Assembly: GCF_964355755.1 (NCBI RefSeq)
Contig: NC_092673.1
Span: forward strand, 32,485,648 to 32,549,647
Direction of reading: 5' to 3'
Length of the DNA: 64,000 nucleotides
Source: Antedon mediterranea
Lineage: Eukaryota > Animalia > Echinodermata
Part shown: positions 1-11,705 of the stretch, piece by piece
Layout: every line of letters begins with the position of its first letter
How positions within the stretch are numbered: the first letter of the stretch is position 1
Program-made: the position numbers and the translations under genes
Notes under the pieces: model-generated
The model's database searches: none
What the model was told of the DNA's origin: nothing
Seen by the model: only the letters and a program-made list of their open reading frames with translations

Positions 1-3000
1 TCTTCTTATCGGTGCCTACGCGTGCCAGCAGTGCCTTCAGTAGCGGAAGGTTGTCAAGGGCCTTGTCGTCCATAGCAGCTATTTCTGAAAATGCGTTGAA
101 AAATGCGATGTCCGCTAACGTTATCTATAAATAATAAAAAATACATTATTACCACTACTAGTCACGTTGTTTATCTGCTGTGTTGATGCTTCACTGGCCT
201 TGAGAATTCTACAACTGCGGTACCCCACCCTTAACCTCAACCCCTCACTAAATCCCCGAGCTAGTAATTTTTAATCTTACTTAATCCATCAGCCTACATC
301 TAATCCAATCTAATCAATATTATTACTATAAATCTTATTTGTCTATTTTACATGAAATTCGTTAATTATAGACACACGATTTTAGTGGATAATTAATTAA
401 CAACTTACACTTTTTCCAACCAAGTAGCCTTTGCCGCCGTTGTTTTGTTTTAAATTCTCTTCTAGAGCGGCTCCATAACTTGCAATTTTAGCCGAAGCCT
501 TTGTTTTTGCTTCAGCCTATAAAAATACAATGCAATAAAATTTAAAAAGTGCTATATTTTACTGTATACGATTGTGAAAGAAAACATATTTTGTTTTCTT
601 TCATTTCTGTCTGTTAATTTTATAACCAGCGTCACATCAGCAATAATAGATGATTTTAACTTTGATAATCTTTGTCGACCATATATATTTTAAACCCCGT
701 TGGAAACAAGTTATTATAACAAAATTACGGGTTATCCTGTTTCTGTTTATGTTCTGCTGTTTGTAAATTGTTTCTCGTTTTATGGCAAATAAAATAATGA
801 AGAATGCTTTTGCCTCATAGGGAGCTGGTTCCAAAGATGGAACCTAGCTGGCCTACCCCCGGTCTCCCCTAAATGTTGAAACTTTCAATTCGTAAGAGGA
901 AACAAGTTATTATAACAATTTTACGGGTTATCCTGTTTCGGTTCATGTTTTGCTGTTTGTAAATTGTTTCTCGTTTTATGGCAAAAAAAATAATGAAGAA
1001 TGCTTTTGCCTCATAGTGAGCTAGCTGGTTCCAAAGATGGAACCCAGCTGGTCTACCCCCGGTCTCCCCTAAATGTTGAAACTGTCAATTCGTACTTTTA
1101 GTTCAGCACTTAAGACTTCATTACAATATGTAGGGCCAATTCCCCTATTTCAAAATCCTTTATCCTATCCGTCATCGGCCCTATTTTCTTTTAAGCGTGG
1201 TTCCCACTAGAACGCAACGCAGCGACGTGTCGATGCAAAGTGCTGTATAGCGTAATCACAAGTGGGAACCGACGGCGCAATAGTGCTGCAAACATCGCAG
1301 GTTTGATTTCACGCAGGCGGGGCCAAACATAATTATTGGAAGGGAATTTGCTTACGTAGCGTAGATTGCGTTACGTTGCGTCGCTTGGGAACCAAGCTTT
1401 GGCATGCAGTTGTTTGAATTGTTAAAATCTTGTCTCCTAATCGGAGACCAAGGTTCGAACCCCATCGATGTCGTTATATATTATGTGGTTAAATATAATA
1501 TTGAGAGGTTATTTAGAGGGTAAAGTTAATATTTAGGTGTTGGACAGTGGCATACGTGTGCTGTGGATGGCCTGTTAAAGTCACTTGACATGAAACAGTG
1601 CCGCAGTTTCATGTTGTTAAATATGATACCGTACTGGTTCTTGTAGTGGTATTAATACATTTAATGTTGTCGACAAATGCCTACCTTAGGACCTTCTTCT
1701 TTTGTAAAGATAAACTTGTACACCAAATCCATAATTTCACTCAGGGCATTAGTCACGGTGTCAACCTGTGCGTTTTCCTTATTGCCTTTCCCATATAGAT
1801 CTAAAATGAATAAAGCAAGTACTGATAATACAAAAGAGATGGTATATTGGAGGTTATAGAGGAGAACGTTCTTTAAAGATGTACTCTCAAAACATGAACA
1901 ATGAAGATTCATTAAATCATACTTTGAATAGGTTAATTTGTAGTTTAAACAAAGGTCATCACTTCCGTAGAAAAAAAAAACCCCAAAATAATGTTTTCAC
2001 TTATAAAATGACAAAATAAACGGTTATATTCAACCAACAGTTTTTCAGGTAAATAATTTTTCCCGGACCCAATTTTTGGGTCAAAGCATGGACCTATAAA
2101 TTGGATAGTTTATAGATTCATGGTCAAAGTGGATAACTATGTCACATTAAAATGGCATAAAAAAAAACATTTTCAGGGGACAATATATCTTTTCCTACTC
2201 GTTATTATAAATTGTTAAGCTGATAGTGTATATAAAAATGCAACAATAAAACACAGTTCTTACTAAATTCACGGGCTAAGTAATTTGCGATAGCAGCTGA
2301 CATTGCTACAGATGTCCCATCGGCGAGTTTCAAGTTTGGCAGTACTCCGAATGGCATACCTGATGGTAAAATAAACAAGAATATTTCTTACAAAAAACGC
2401 TGCTCGCTTATTGTTATTGCTAAGGTCAAGTCTGGGGGTCACTTCATCACGCCTAGATACTTCAAGTATCCTATTACAAACAAAAACTTCAATGGACTGT
2501 TTTGATAATAATTCAATGATTATCTGACAGCGAATTATATCATGGGACTCATAAATACCAGAATGCTTTGGGATTTGTCGTTAGACTCTTTTCTCAGCCG
2601 TTTTTGGATTCAACAGGTGGTGCCAATAAATTATAGTGGAGTTTCCATTTTAACAAAAATGTCAAAGTGTAGTACTATAAAGCTGCTTGATTTCATCTAA
2701 TGAATGAGTCATCTCGTGTGACGTAGCGGGCTAGAGCAGCAGCGTGAAAAACGTTTTGCGTCAATTCACAAAATGTGTACTACTGAGTGTTAAACAAAAA
2801 TAATTAATAATAAATCATTATTTCTTAAATTATTATAATATAGAATGTAAATAAAAAAGCATCATTCAATAAAGAAAGAATAATTTATGTTACGTTAAAG
2901 CGAAGTTTTTTGTAAGAAATATTTCATGATTTGCATGTAATGAAGTGATCAGGTGAGATTGTCGGATTTACCAAGATCTTGATATTAATGATGAAGATGT

Positions 3001-4222
3001 ATAAACGAACAAAATGCTGTAAGTAAGTAAAACGTAACCTGTTCTAAATTCTGAACATAAATTAATGAAAATTCTGGTAATAGAAAATATTGTTCTCACC
3101 TTAATAAAATAGTATACAGTGTTAAATAAAATATTTTATTCCTAGCTCGAGTCAATTATGTATGCATAGATTTATCTATTTTCTAAAAGTCTACTACCCT
3201 CACTTGTCCTGAAGAAGGATTAGGCCTAGAAGTGTTTTCAGAAAGCTCGACTCTTTCTGACTTTTATTTAGCTTTTTGTATTGTATCTACAGTAACAGCC
3301 ACTGATCCATCCACTCTTTTCAATCATCCATAACAATATACACAATTGTGCATTTACTCTTGCACGTACATTAATTGTGTAAGCATGAATGAAATTGAAT
3401 GAGGAATTTTTATAATTTTTTTCATTCAGCTAGGGGCAGTGAATTCATATTTTTTACACCCGAGGGTACAAAATATGCAAGTCACTGTAGCTCCATTCAA
3501 CCATGCGAAAGATAAATTGTTGTAGTAAAATAATATTGTAGATTGACACGTTAACAAGCACGTTTGTCCAGGTCAGCGTATTGTAAATATTGTTGCACGA
3601 TCGATGCATGAAAACAATGAAATCTATTTGCTGGCTTCGCTGTTCATCGAACATGATAAAGGAAAACGATCACTGAAGTAGAGGTCTATCAACGAGTTAA
3701 AGCTAACAAGTTGGGGATGGAAATTTAAAATTCATAATCCTCTTCCCCTGGGGAAGAGGATTCTGTCTCTCATTGGAGATATACTGACGTGGTTTAAAGA
3801 AAACAAAATGCTGCAGCTTCTATCTAATTCTATATTAATATCTATGAATAATCAAAACTGTAGACCTAAATCTGCGGCCTACATACTAATGTCTAAAACA
3901 TACATATTCAGTTTAAAGCAAAAAAAAAAAAAAAAGGGGGGGGGGGGCTTGTCACATGAATGAATATTATTATAATAAGCTACACACACACAACTTCGTA
4001 TAGGCCGTGTACAAAAGAGCAACATTGTCTACTTCCCATCTTTCAAGATTCAAGACCTGGATTACCGATTATCCTAGATTAATACTTACTAGCTTTATTC
4101 TCGCCCCATGCACTCATTTCAAGCCGTTTGTCTTCGTATTTAACGCCTGCAACTACAAATAGCAGCCTAGCATTCTCTGCTCGACCTCTTGCATCGAAGT
4201 AAGTAAGTGTAAACTTAGACAT
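1..4222 (-). CDS. Glutathione S-transferase, sigma class (HPGDS/S-crystallin-like), copy 1; 3' end runs off the window
   Basis: Exons 4222-4090, 2359-2264, 1800-1685, 516-409, 124-<1, all GT-AG and in phase. Protein MSKFTLTYFDARGRAENARLLFVVAGVKYEDKRLEMSAWGENKA/SMPFGVLPNLKLADGTSVAMSAAIANYLAREF/NLYGKGNKENAQVD.../AEAKTKASAKIASYGAALEENLKQNNGGKGYLVGKS/ITLADIAFFNAFSE. It has the catalytic Tyr, RGRAE, the cis-Pro loop, YLAREF and the N-capping box (TLAD). Confidence 0.93.
703..1094. repeat. Direct tandem duplication, ~195 bp x2, GST-1 intron 3
   Basis: gaaacaagttattataac...ttcaattcgta occurs at ~703-894 and ~899-1094, nearly identical. Confidence 0.9.
1194..1398. mobile_element. MITE, PIF/Harbinger-like
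   Basis: Terminal inverted repeats agcgtggttcccac...tgggaaccaagct with inner acgcaacgc/gcgttacgttgcgt arms. Degenerate relatives with the gcaagt..ttgaccaatcac core lie near 28340, 45410, 52770 and 53860. Confidence 0.7.
1873..2193. mobile_element. Non-autonomous DNA transposon (TTAAAG terminus, Kolobok-like) carrying a nested 36-bp insertion
   Basis: Starts ttaaagatgt and ends ggggacaatatatcttt, the inverted copy of aaagatgtattgtcccc. Homologous copies at ~38556-38780 and ~45006-45300. Confidence 0.7.
2087..2122. mobile_element. Ultra-short palindromic insertion with a 7-bp TSD
   Basis: catggacctataaa...tttatagattcatg is flanked by gtcaaag on both sides. Relatives at 5797-5826, 38507-38538 and 60525-60551. 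Confidence 0.75.
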
Positions 4223-4272
4223 AGTGAGAATCGGGTTGTTATTTAACGAAGTGAACAGTACGACTGATTGAA

Positions 4273-4344
4273 ACTGAATAGACCTATGAATTGGCAAACA
4301 CACTGATTTATACACTACGCTGCTCACACTACAGTGACATGGCA
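4273..4344 (-). promoter_or_regulatory. GST-1 core promoter: TATA box, Inr-like TCAGT and antioxidant response element
   Basis: Minus-strand TATAAA at 4312-4307 and TCAGT at 4277-4273. GTGACATGGCA at 4334-4344 fits the ARE consensus RTGAYnnnGCA, about 115 bp upstream of the ATG. Confidence 0.5.
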
Positions 4345-5642
4345 TATTTTTCGAAGAGGCCCGGATGTTGACCCAATCGATTAGAATCTAATAAGAAACA
4401 CAAAGAGCAAACCAGGGTTAGTTATTAATGTCTTGATAGGCTACGCTCAGTGTTCATATTCGAAACATAATCTCATAGCTCATCGGCGAAAGTACCGTTA
4501 AGTGGCGGATGCAGAATCTTAAAATGAGGGGGTCGGGTGGAGACACACACGGGCTTAGCAACTGTTAAGTTAAGCGCCGAACTTAACCCTTCAGAAGTTT
4601 TAGACACATATTTAATGCCCGTTATTATTCCTCATGGATGACCCTGATAGTTCACTAATGATACTACAGTAATTGTAATCTGGTTGTGGGTATAAGGCAC
4701 GGTCTACTTTATGCGACAAATATCCCGGATGCATAATTCATCCCAGGTGCCTGAAATTGTGAAATTATCCACACATGGAGGTATAAATACTGCAAGATCC
4801 ACATATTATAAAGCTCTGTCTACACCATCATATATAGTGTAAACAGACCTTTATGTAGAAAGCCCTAAAAATATGAAGGTATATGGATCTTCAGATTGTA
4901 CAAACTGGTTTCACACGCACGCAATGGGTGTAATGGGTAATTTTACGTAACAATGATTGTAGTGGCAGTGCGACTGAACGATATTAAAAATGCCAAGTCA
5001 TCTAAGCAAAACAATCTAAGGTAACCCGATATGAATTAATATTTGAAGACTACTTCTTGTATTGTATCGCATTATCCAGCACAAAAGAGATTGTTTGCTA
5101 AACGTTATACCATGATTCATTAATTTTCACTATGAGTGCCATGGACTTGATAATGTAACGACATCCTTACAATTCCCTAGAAAATGCGACGAGCGGCCTA
5201 CAGTCCTACTGTATCCCCGACTGTATCCGATCCAGGAAGACTGTATGTTTATCATTATCAATTATCAACAGCTCTGACAAAATAACAGACAAGAAGGCCT
5301 TGTTACTTTTCATAAACAAATGAACATTGGGGTGGTCCTCTATTTATCTCCCATCCCCCTTATCAATGTCTTCATGGGATCGCGGGCCGCCCCACCGTTC
5401 TTGGAAATACCAACATCATCATCTCTACTTTGCTTTTTACTGTTAGCATGCACACAAAATAATAATAATATCGAAAAATACGCCCTCTAAATTAGTCAAA
5501 CAAGTCGCGCGCGTTGCGCGATTTGTTAAAAATCCTATGGTAACGTGTAGGTGTCCACGGATACGAATGACAACAAACCGCATTACTTTTTACTGAACTC
5601 AGCTTGCTGAACACGTACACTATTTAAAAGCCTACATTTATC

Positions 5643-6971
5643 ATGGATATCCAAACAAGAATCAGAGAATTCATTGAAAAACGATCCAAAAATAAAGCGA
5701 CAAAGGTAAGTAACGAAATTGTTGATATGAAAATGAATATATCTTGCAGTTCCCAAGTTAATCAGCCTAGATGATCCTCCTCTACATTAAACAAACCATG
5801 GACCTATACATTTGTATAGCTGCATGGTCAAACAGAATAAAATTGTACATAAAAAACATATGATGATATAAACCATTACTTGTTTCATTATTTTTTTTAG
5901 GAGAGTCGCCCATCTTCACCTTGGTGGAGACGATTCTCTCGGTTTAGAAAGTTTTTCAAACGGCAAAGAAAAACCAAGGTGAGACAAACGATATATACTG
6001 TATACATTATGACAAAGCATTAATATCGTTTATTCATAATTAAGAGATTTTAATAATTGTAAATTGATTTATACGATTGCTATACTTTTTATTTTGTTTA
6101 GGTTTCTCCTATTGCAGCAGAATCTGAGACTTGCAACAATACAACTTTACCAACGTCTCAATCCCGAGCAAGTATTCTCAGAAGAATAATTCGTAGGCTA
6201 GAACTCTTACGTTCAAAGTCTGAATCCCGAGCAAATGAGAGCAGCTTGCAGGACCAAATGCAACCATCCGTGTCATCTTGTGACAGTGTTGCAGCAGACA
6301 TAGACTCTGCCGGTGATAAGCCATCATCTCCACATCGAAACCTTGCCTGGACAGTGTCATTCACTGATGACGTGGCTGAGAAAACTCAAGCCAATGAAAT
6401 GAAATCGACAGAAGAGAAAGAAAAGATTGACCCTAGGGTGTTCTGGAGACTTGTAAATGCCGACTCTTCTCGACTTAATAAAGACGAATGGGCGAGCGTT
6501 GACGGCGACAACGTATTTTATGAAAGCAGCAATGAAGGTGATACGAATATGTCTGCGTTATCCCGCAACCTGCAAGCACTGCAAGACTTTGGTGAAGAAA
6601 TGGCATATATGATAAACCGTGCTACAGACACATGGTCAAAAATCTGTAGGGGACCTTTTCCACATCTACAGGATCTAAGCAAAGACGAAGTGACTGAAAT
6701 GATGTCTCGTGACTGCATTGACAACACAAATCTGTTGATACCAATCTTCGATGACATCATGAAGGATATATATGACATCATGAATGTCATTGACGATCAT
6801 TTTGGCTTGCAAATAGATTTCAAGGATAGAATTCAACTTGAAAGAAGTTTAAGAGATAAACGTCCTGGTATGATGAATCTAGCCAAATCATACATGAAGC
6901 CAAAAGCCTTTCCTACAGCAAACTTCAGAGGTGAATTGGACACTGTTGAAGAATTACAACTTGAGGTCTAA
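5643..6971 (+). CDS. Uncharacterised protein X1 (336 aa, 3 exons), paralog of X2
   Basis: Exons 5643-5705 (MDIQTRIREFIEKRSKNKATK), 5901-5978 (ESRPSSPWWRRFSRFRKFFKRQRKTK), 6102-6971 (VSPIAAES...EELQLEV*), with phase-0 GT-AG introns. Same exon structure and conserved blocks as X2 (LVNADSS, DEWAS, CRGPFPHL, IDDH, PKAFPT). No family recognised. Confidence 0.85.
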
Positions 6972-7683
6972 CTTATGTCGCCTAACGCTTTCACACAGTT
7001 TGAACGCAAAAATAATTTTCACTATTGAAACTGAACTCAAATTGACCATTATTATTGTTATTAACTCTATCTAATTGGTTACGATCTTAAGGAATTCGGC
7101 TACATGGATGCACTTCCGATAACGTATAAATGAACACTGTTTGGAATCGAGAAATCTACAAAGAATCCGAATACCAGTAATTACCTCCGGAACATTGTAC
7201 AATAAAATTGCAATGAAAAACTATGTTAATATTGTTTCGTTTCATTTAATGTTTTTTTAGTATTTAGGTAGTGGATTATTGAAATCTTTTATTATAATGG
7301 AAAAATATGTGTATAAAGATTGAGAGAGATAGGCCTACTGTACATGGAATAGGACTTAAGCTGCTTTCACATCGAGGAGGAAAAATATCGCGAGCGTATA
7401 GCGTGCTTTTATATTGAATTCGGTTATCCGTAGTCATTCATGCTCACTGCTGATTGGACAAAATAAAAAAAAATTCTACGAAATTAGCAAACAAATATGG
7501 TGTCTTGATCTATTGCTCCTAATCAGATATGGATTCAAATCGTACGAATTTGGTGTGAACGATCCTATGCTTACATTGAACCCATTTTCCAAGATATTTT
7601 TTCTCAAGGCACACCGGACCGAATCCGGCCATCGCTTGTTGGCAGAATTTTACGCATACGTTGTTGTGAGTTGTGTCATGAAT

Positions 7684-10600
7684 TTAATATTGGGTCTTTG
7701 GTCTTTTTTTAATCCACTCTGCAATCTTCTCATTGGCACTCACACGGCCCATCAACGCCTTCAGCTTCGGAGCATTATCAAGAGCGTCTGCCTTCAGAGT
7801 CAGTATTTCTGAATATGCGTTGAAAAATGCGATGTCAGCCAAGGTCAACTATAATAATAAATTGATAATAAAATAAAACAGATTTAATAAAATATTAATA
7901 CAGTATTATATATAAAGACAATTGTGTAAATATGCCTACAATTGAAGGGTTAAGCGTATTTGCACTGAACCGGCCACTCGTTCATTCTCATCTTTTCACC
8001 TTATAAAAATGTATTATAGCGCCGGTGTCTCCCACGCACCCATGTGGAGCTCGCGGCGCTTTGTGCATTAGCAACGTGTCAGTACATCAGCGAACAGCGA
8101 CGTCTTCATGTTGGTCTTGAAACAGTTTTTGGAATAGTGGAGCATTTTTAAAACTAATGCTGGTAAACTGTTCCATAATTCGAAGCTACACCCATGCTAG
8201 TGCTAACTGCAAAGGTGCAAACAATTAAATTAACAACCACTAGGCAAACTGGTAGGGTACCCATATTCCTCTGTATTACACACAGGTTCTGTTTCTTTGA
8301 AGACAATAACCTCAACTTACACTATTTCCAACTAAGTAACCATCGCCGCCATTGTTTTCTTTCAAACCTTTCTCCATGGCAACACCATAACTTTCGACTC
8401 TCGATGTAAAATTTTTCAACGTTTCCGCCTATACATAAAATGTCAACATTAAAGCCGTATGATTTTCTATAAAAGTGATATCCACAAATATGGAGTGATA
8501 TAACATCATTGTGTCCATATATATGGGCATTTTTTTGTCACATAAAGTAGACAGAGAACTAGACACAATTAATGTTTTTAACAATTAATTTTGCTATCGT
8601 TGGAATAAAGTGGAATAAAGATAAATAAATAATGATACGTGAAATCAAGCTAGAATATAATATGTATGTGTGATACGGTTTAGGAATAGTAAACAAATCT
8701 TTAGTTCAAAAAAAGCTTGGCGTTTTAGTATGATGGATATATACCTTAGCGTCTTCGTTTTCTCCTAGAACGTGAGTATAGTACAAACCGATAACCTCAT
8801 GTAAAGCATTGGTGATGACGTCAATCTGTGCACTTTCCCAGTTACTTTTACCATAATAACCTGAATTCAACACAATAAAAATATCGTGTCGTAAGTAAGT
8901 GTTGTAATAAAATGATATTGTCAAATTTATTTCATTTGCCATTTATTTATTTTCATTCAATCTTATTTGTTCAAATTGTCACTTGAAATGCATTCAATAG
9001 GCTACACATCACAATACAAAGATTACAAAAACAATAGCAAAAACAACTCGTTACAAAAAATGAAGAGGTTGTTCTTACCAAATTCTCTGGCTAAGTAGTT
9101 TGATATTGCTAAAGTCATTGATAAGGTTTTTCCATCGACTGTTAAGTTTGGTACTACTCCGTATAGCGCCTCTGAAACGAGCAAGAACGCATTGAAGGAT
9201 GACAATGGAGGTGATGGTATAAAAGAGATGAAACAAATTGCCAAAGCAGATAGTTGGGCCGAGAACGCGTTCAAAACTACGAGTTTCCGGGGTTTGAACT
9301 GATCATGTCGCAGCCACAGATAAACCCTTTTATCTCCGAAGCTAAGCATCCTGTTTTGATATTTCCTTTTCAAAATGAATGATGGATTTCCGTAATTGTG
9401 ACAAAACTTGACAAAAAAGTGTGAATATTATAATCAATACGTAAGATTCATGAATAGTTATGGTAAACAATGTGAACACGCGAATACCTACATGTTTACC
9501 TATAAACTCACCCCATACTGTGACCTCCTTCCACCCATATACACTGTATACATAATGTTTGTTTACATGCATTTAAATGAGTGGAAAATAAACGAAACGA
9601 AACCCTGCAGTGTAGGGGCCTAACATAAACAATGATATTGCAAAAAATTGTAATAGCTACATAGGTCCAAACTAGACATTTTCCCCGATGTTTTCCAGCT
9701 CAGTACGTAAATCTGTCATATAATGTACAGGTTTGAAAGCCCATCCCGATTTCACCCCAAATTTATTGATTTATTTATTATAATGTAGAAATACAAAAAA
9801 GAATCCCACCCCGACATCACTCCAAATTTATTATTTATTTTTTATTTATTAGGCCTATAATGCAACCAGAGATACATAAAAAAGGGAGGAGGGGGGGGGG
9901 GTGGGGGAGAGCAAATAGCAGCGAAAAGAAATTAAAGATGAACAGGTGGAAAGAGATAGCCTCTTTCTACAAATTCACGATGGCGGATAAAATCTAAAAT
10001 GGCTGCCGATTTTGAAAGTCAATCATAACAACAGGATGCTGAGCTTATGTCTGGCTGCGACAAATACCGAAACAGTACTTTATGTACATATTCTCTCAAC
10101 GGCGCGCAGTGTTTAGCGCTTGATCGTGTCGCAGCCACATATATACCCTTTGATCTCTAGAGCTCAGCATCCTGTCTTTAGTTGCCTTGGTATACCGTAA
10201 CGTTCTCATACACTGAAAGATATCCGTTTATTGGGAAATATACTTTGTCTCCCTATTATGTTATGTAAACCATTAAAACGGATATAATTACCGTACATCG
10301 CATAAACTCCACTTCGTTTTGTCAATACAGGTATATTATAAATATTATAATTTTGTGTTATAATAATAACACACATTATTAATTATAATCATACCAGTAA
10401 CAACAACCCTTCAATGTTTATAGTCTGACACTTAATTTTTAAATGTTATTAAACTTGGAAGACACGATTGAGCTGTTAATCAAACGTACATTTATAGAGG
10501 TCCTCAGTTAGCGGATCAAATCATATTATAATATGATTTTCAATAGACTGTGCTATTTAGGCATACGTATGGAAGTAAAAATTGCCGCGTCATTTTTGTA

Positions 10601-11244
10601 AACCACCCGATTAAAGTGGTAACATGATACTGCTGCATTGCTGGGAATAATCAATCAGCAAACATTCAAACGACAAAAGTCATGAAAAATCCACCACGAC
10701 CACTCCCTCCCCTCCACTCCCTCCCCTCCACTCCCTCCCCTCCACTCCCTCTCCTCCACTCCCTCTCCTCCACTCCCTCCCCTCCACTCCCTCTCCTCCA
10801 CTCCCTCTCCTCCACTCCCTCCCCTCCACTCCCTCTCCTCCACTCCCTCTCCTCCTCCTGAGAAATTGTTTGTATGATTGAGGTAGGTATGTTGTGTAAA
10901 TGGTTCGTACGATTGGTTGTGTACGAAAAAAACACGCTACATAGGATTGCCTACACAATGAGAACTTCATGTACAAGCCTGTGTATTTGGCAAACTGTAG
11001 AGTAGTAGACCAGCTTATTGGCCCAGCTATTGACGACTCAAAGCTTAGCCACATGCATGAGTTAACGCATTTCCGTGCACGACTGCTAATTCAAATTAAA
11101 CTGCTTACTGCTTTTGAAAGAGATCGGCCATTCTTCTTCTGTAAATCGTATGTCTTTGTATTCAACACCAGCAAGAGCAAAAAGGAACCTTGCATCTTCA
11201 CACCGACCCCTTGCATCAAAATATAACAGTTCGTACGAAGGCAT
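7684..11244 (-). CDS. Glutathione S-transferase, sigma class, copy 2 (205 aa, 5 exons)
   Basis: Exons 11244-11109, 9171-9079, 8860-8745, 8428-8321, 7848-7684 sum to 618 nt. Protein MPSYELLYFDARGRCEDARFLFALAGVEYKDIRFTEEEWPISFKS/KALYGVVPNLTVDGKTLSMTLAISNYLAREF/GYYGKSNWESAQIDVI.../...NNGGDGYLVGNS/LTLADIAFFNAY...IAEWIKKRPKTQY*. Intron positions match copy 1. Confidence 0.94.
8010..8200 (-). mobile_element. 3' fragment of an L2/CR1-clade LINE in GST-2 intron 4
   Basis: Minus strand 8181-8101 reads ELWNSLPALVLKMLHYSKNCFKTNMKT, the typical WNxLP...FK..LKT ORF2 end. It is followed by an L2-type tail aagcgc...gagc...gcgctata. Confidence 0.6.
10026..10189. mobile_element. MITE family with CAAGGCAATCTAACAACAGGATGCTGAGCT-type TIRs
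   Basis: acaggatgctgagct...agctcagcatcctgt...ttgccttg. Homologous to 9295-9358 (partial), 16594-16797 and 23318-23507. Confidence 0.7.
10700..10858. repeat. 14-bp pyrimidine-rich minisatellite (CCACTCCCTCYCCT)n, GST-2 intron 1
   Basis: About 11 tandem units. Explains the repetitive EWRGGSGGEG ORFs in all three minus frames. Confidence 0.95.
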
Positions 11245-11705
11245 GATTAGACCTAACGTATACTAAATGAACACTCTAGTCTAAGAAAATAAATAAACCA
11301 AGCCTACCGCACCACCAAACAAGCTATATAGATAAAATACAATTTATCAGTGGACATTATTTGCATAAGGGGTCATATACAGTCCGACTGTAAACATACA
11401 AGTAGTCTAGATTGAAACATTAAGCATTATGACTTCTTTTATTACATTGTGCAGCCTGCAATATAAAATCATATGCATTTCAATAAAATAATATTGACAT
11501 TTTTAATCCGCCATATAATGGCTCGTTAGCAAAATTGTAAATAGCGCCCCCTATGGTTGCCACGTGCGTTGCGCGCGGTTTATATAAAACTCTATGACAA
11601 CGCGTGCAGTGGCCACGGATACGAATGACAACAAACCGCATTACTTTTTTACTGAACTCAGCTAGCTTGCTGAACACGTAAACTATTTTAAAGCCTACAT
11701 TTATC
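11245..11705. promoter_or_regulatory. Divergent promoter region between GST-2 and X2
   Basis: The ATGs are ~460 bp apart, head to head. Contains a CTCF-like GCGCCCCCTATGG (~11544-11556), an E-box CACGTG (~11561), TATATAAAA (11581-11589) and an RFX-like half-site CTATGACAAC (11592-11601). Confidence 0.5.

Noticed and set aside
5643-6971. X1 nested in a GST intron
   Set aside because: GST-2 has its own stop at 7684 and GST-1 its own ATG at 4222, so X1 lies between the two genes.
7414-7812. 132-aa plus-strand ORF
   Set aside because: Antisense to GST-2 exon 5 and overlapping a repeat fragment.
10655-11054. Gly/Glu/Arg repeat proteins in three minus frames
   Set aside because: Translation of a 14-bp intronic minisatellite.
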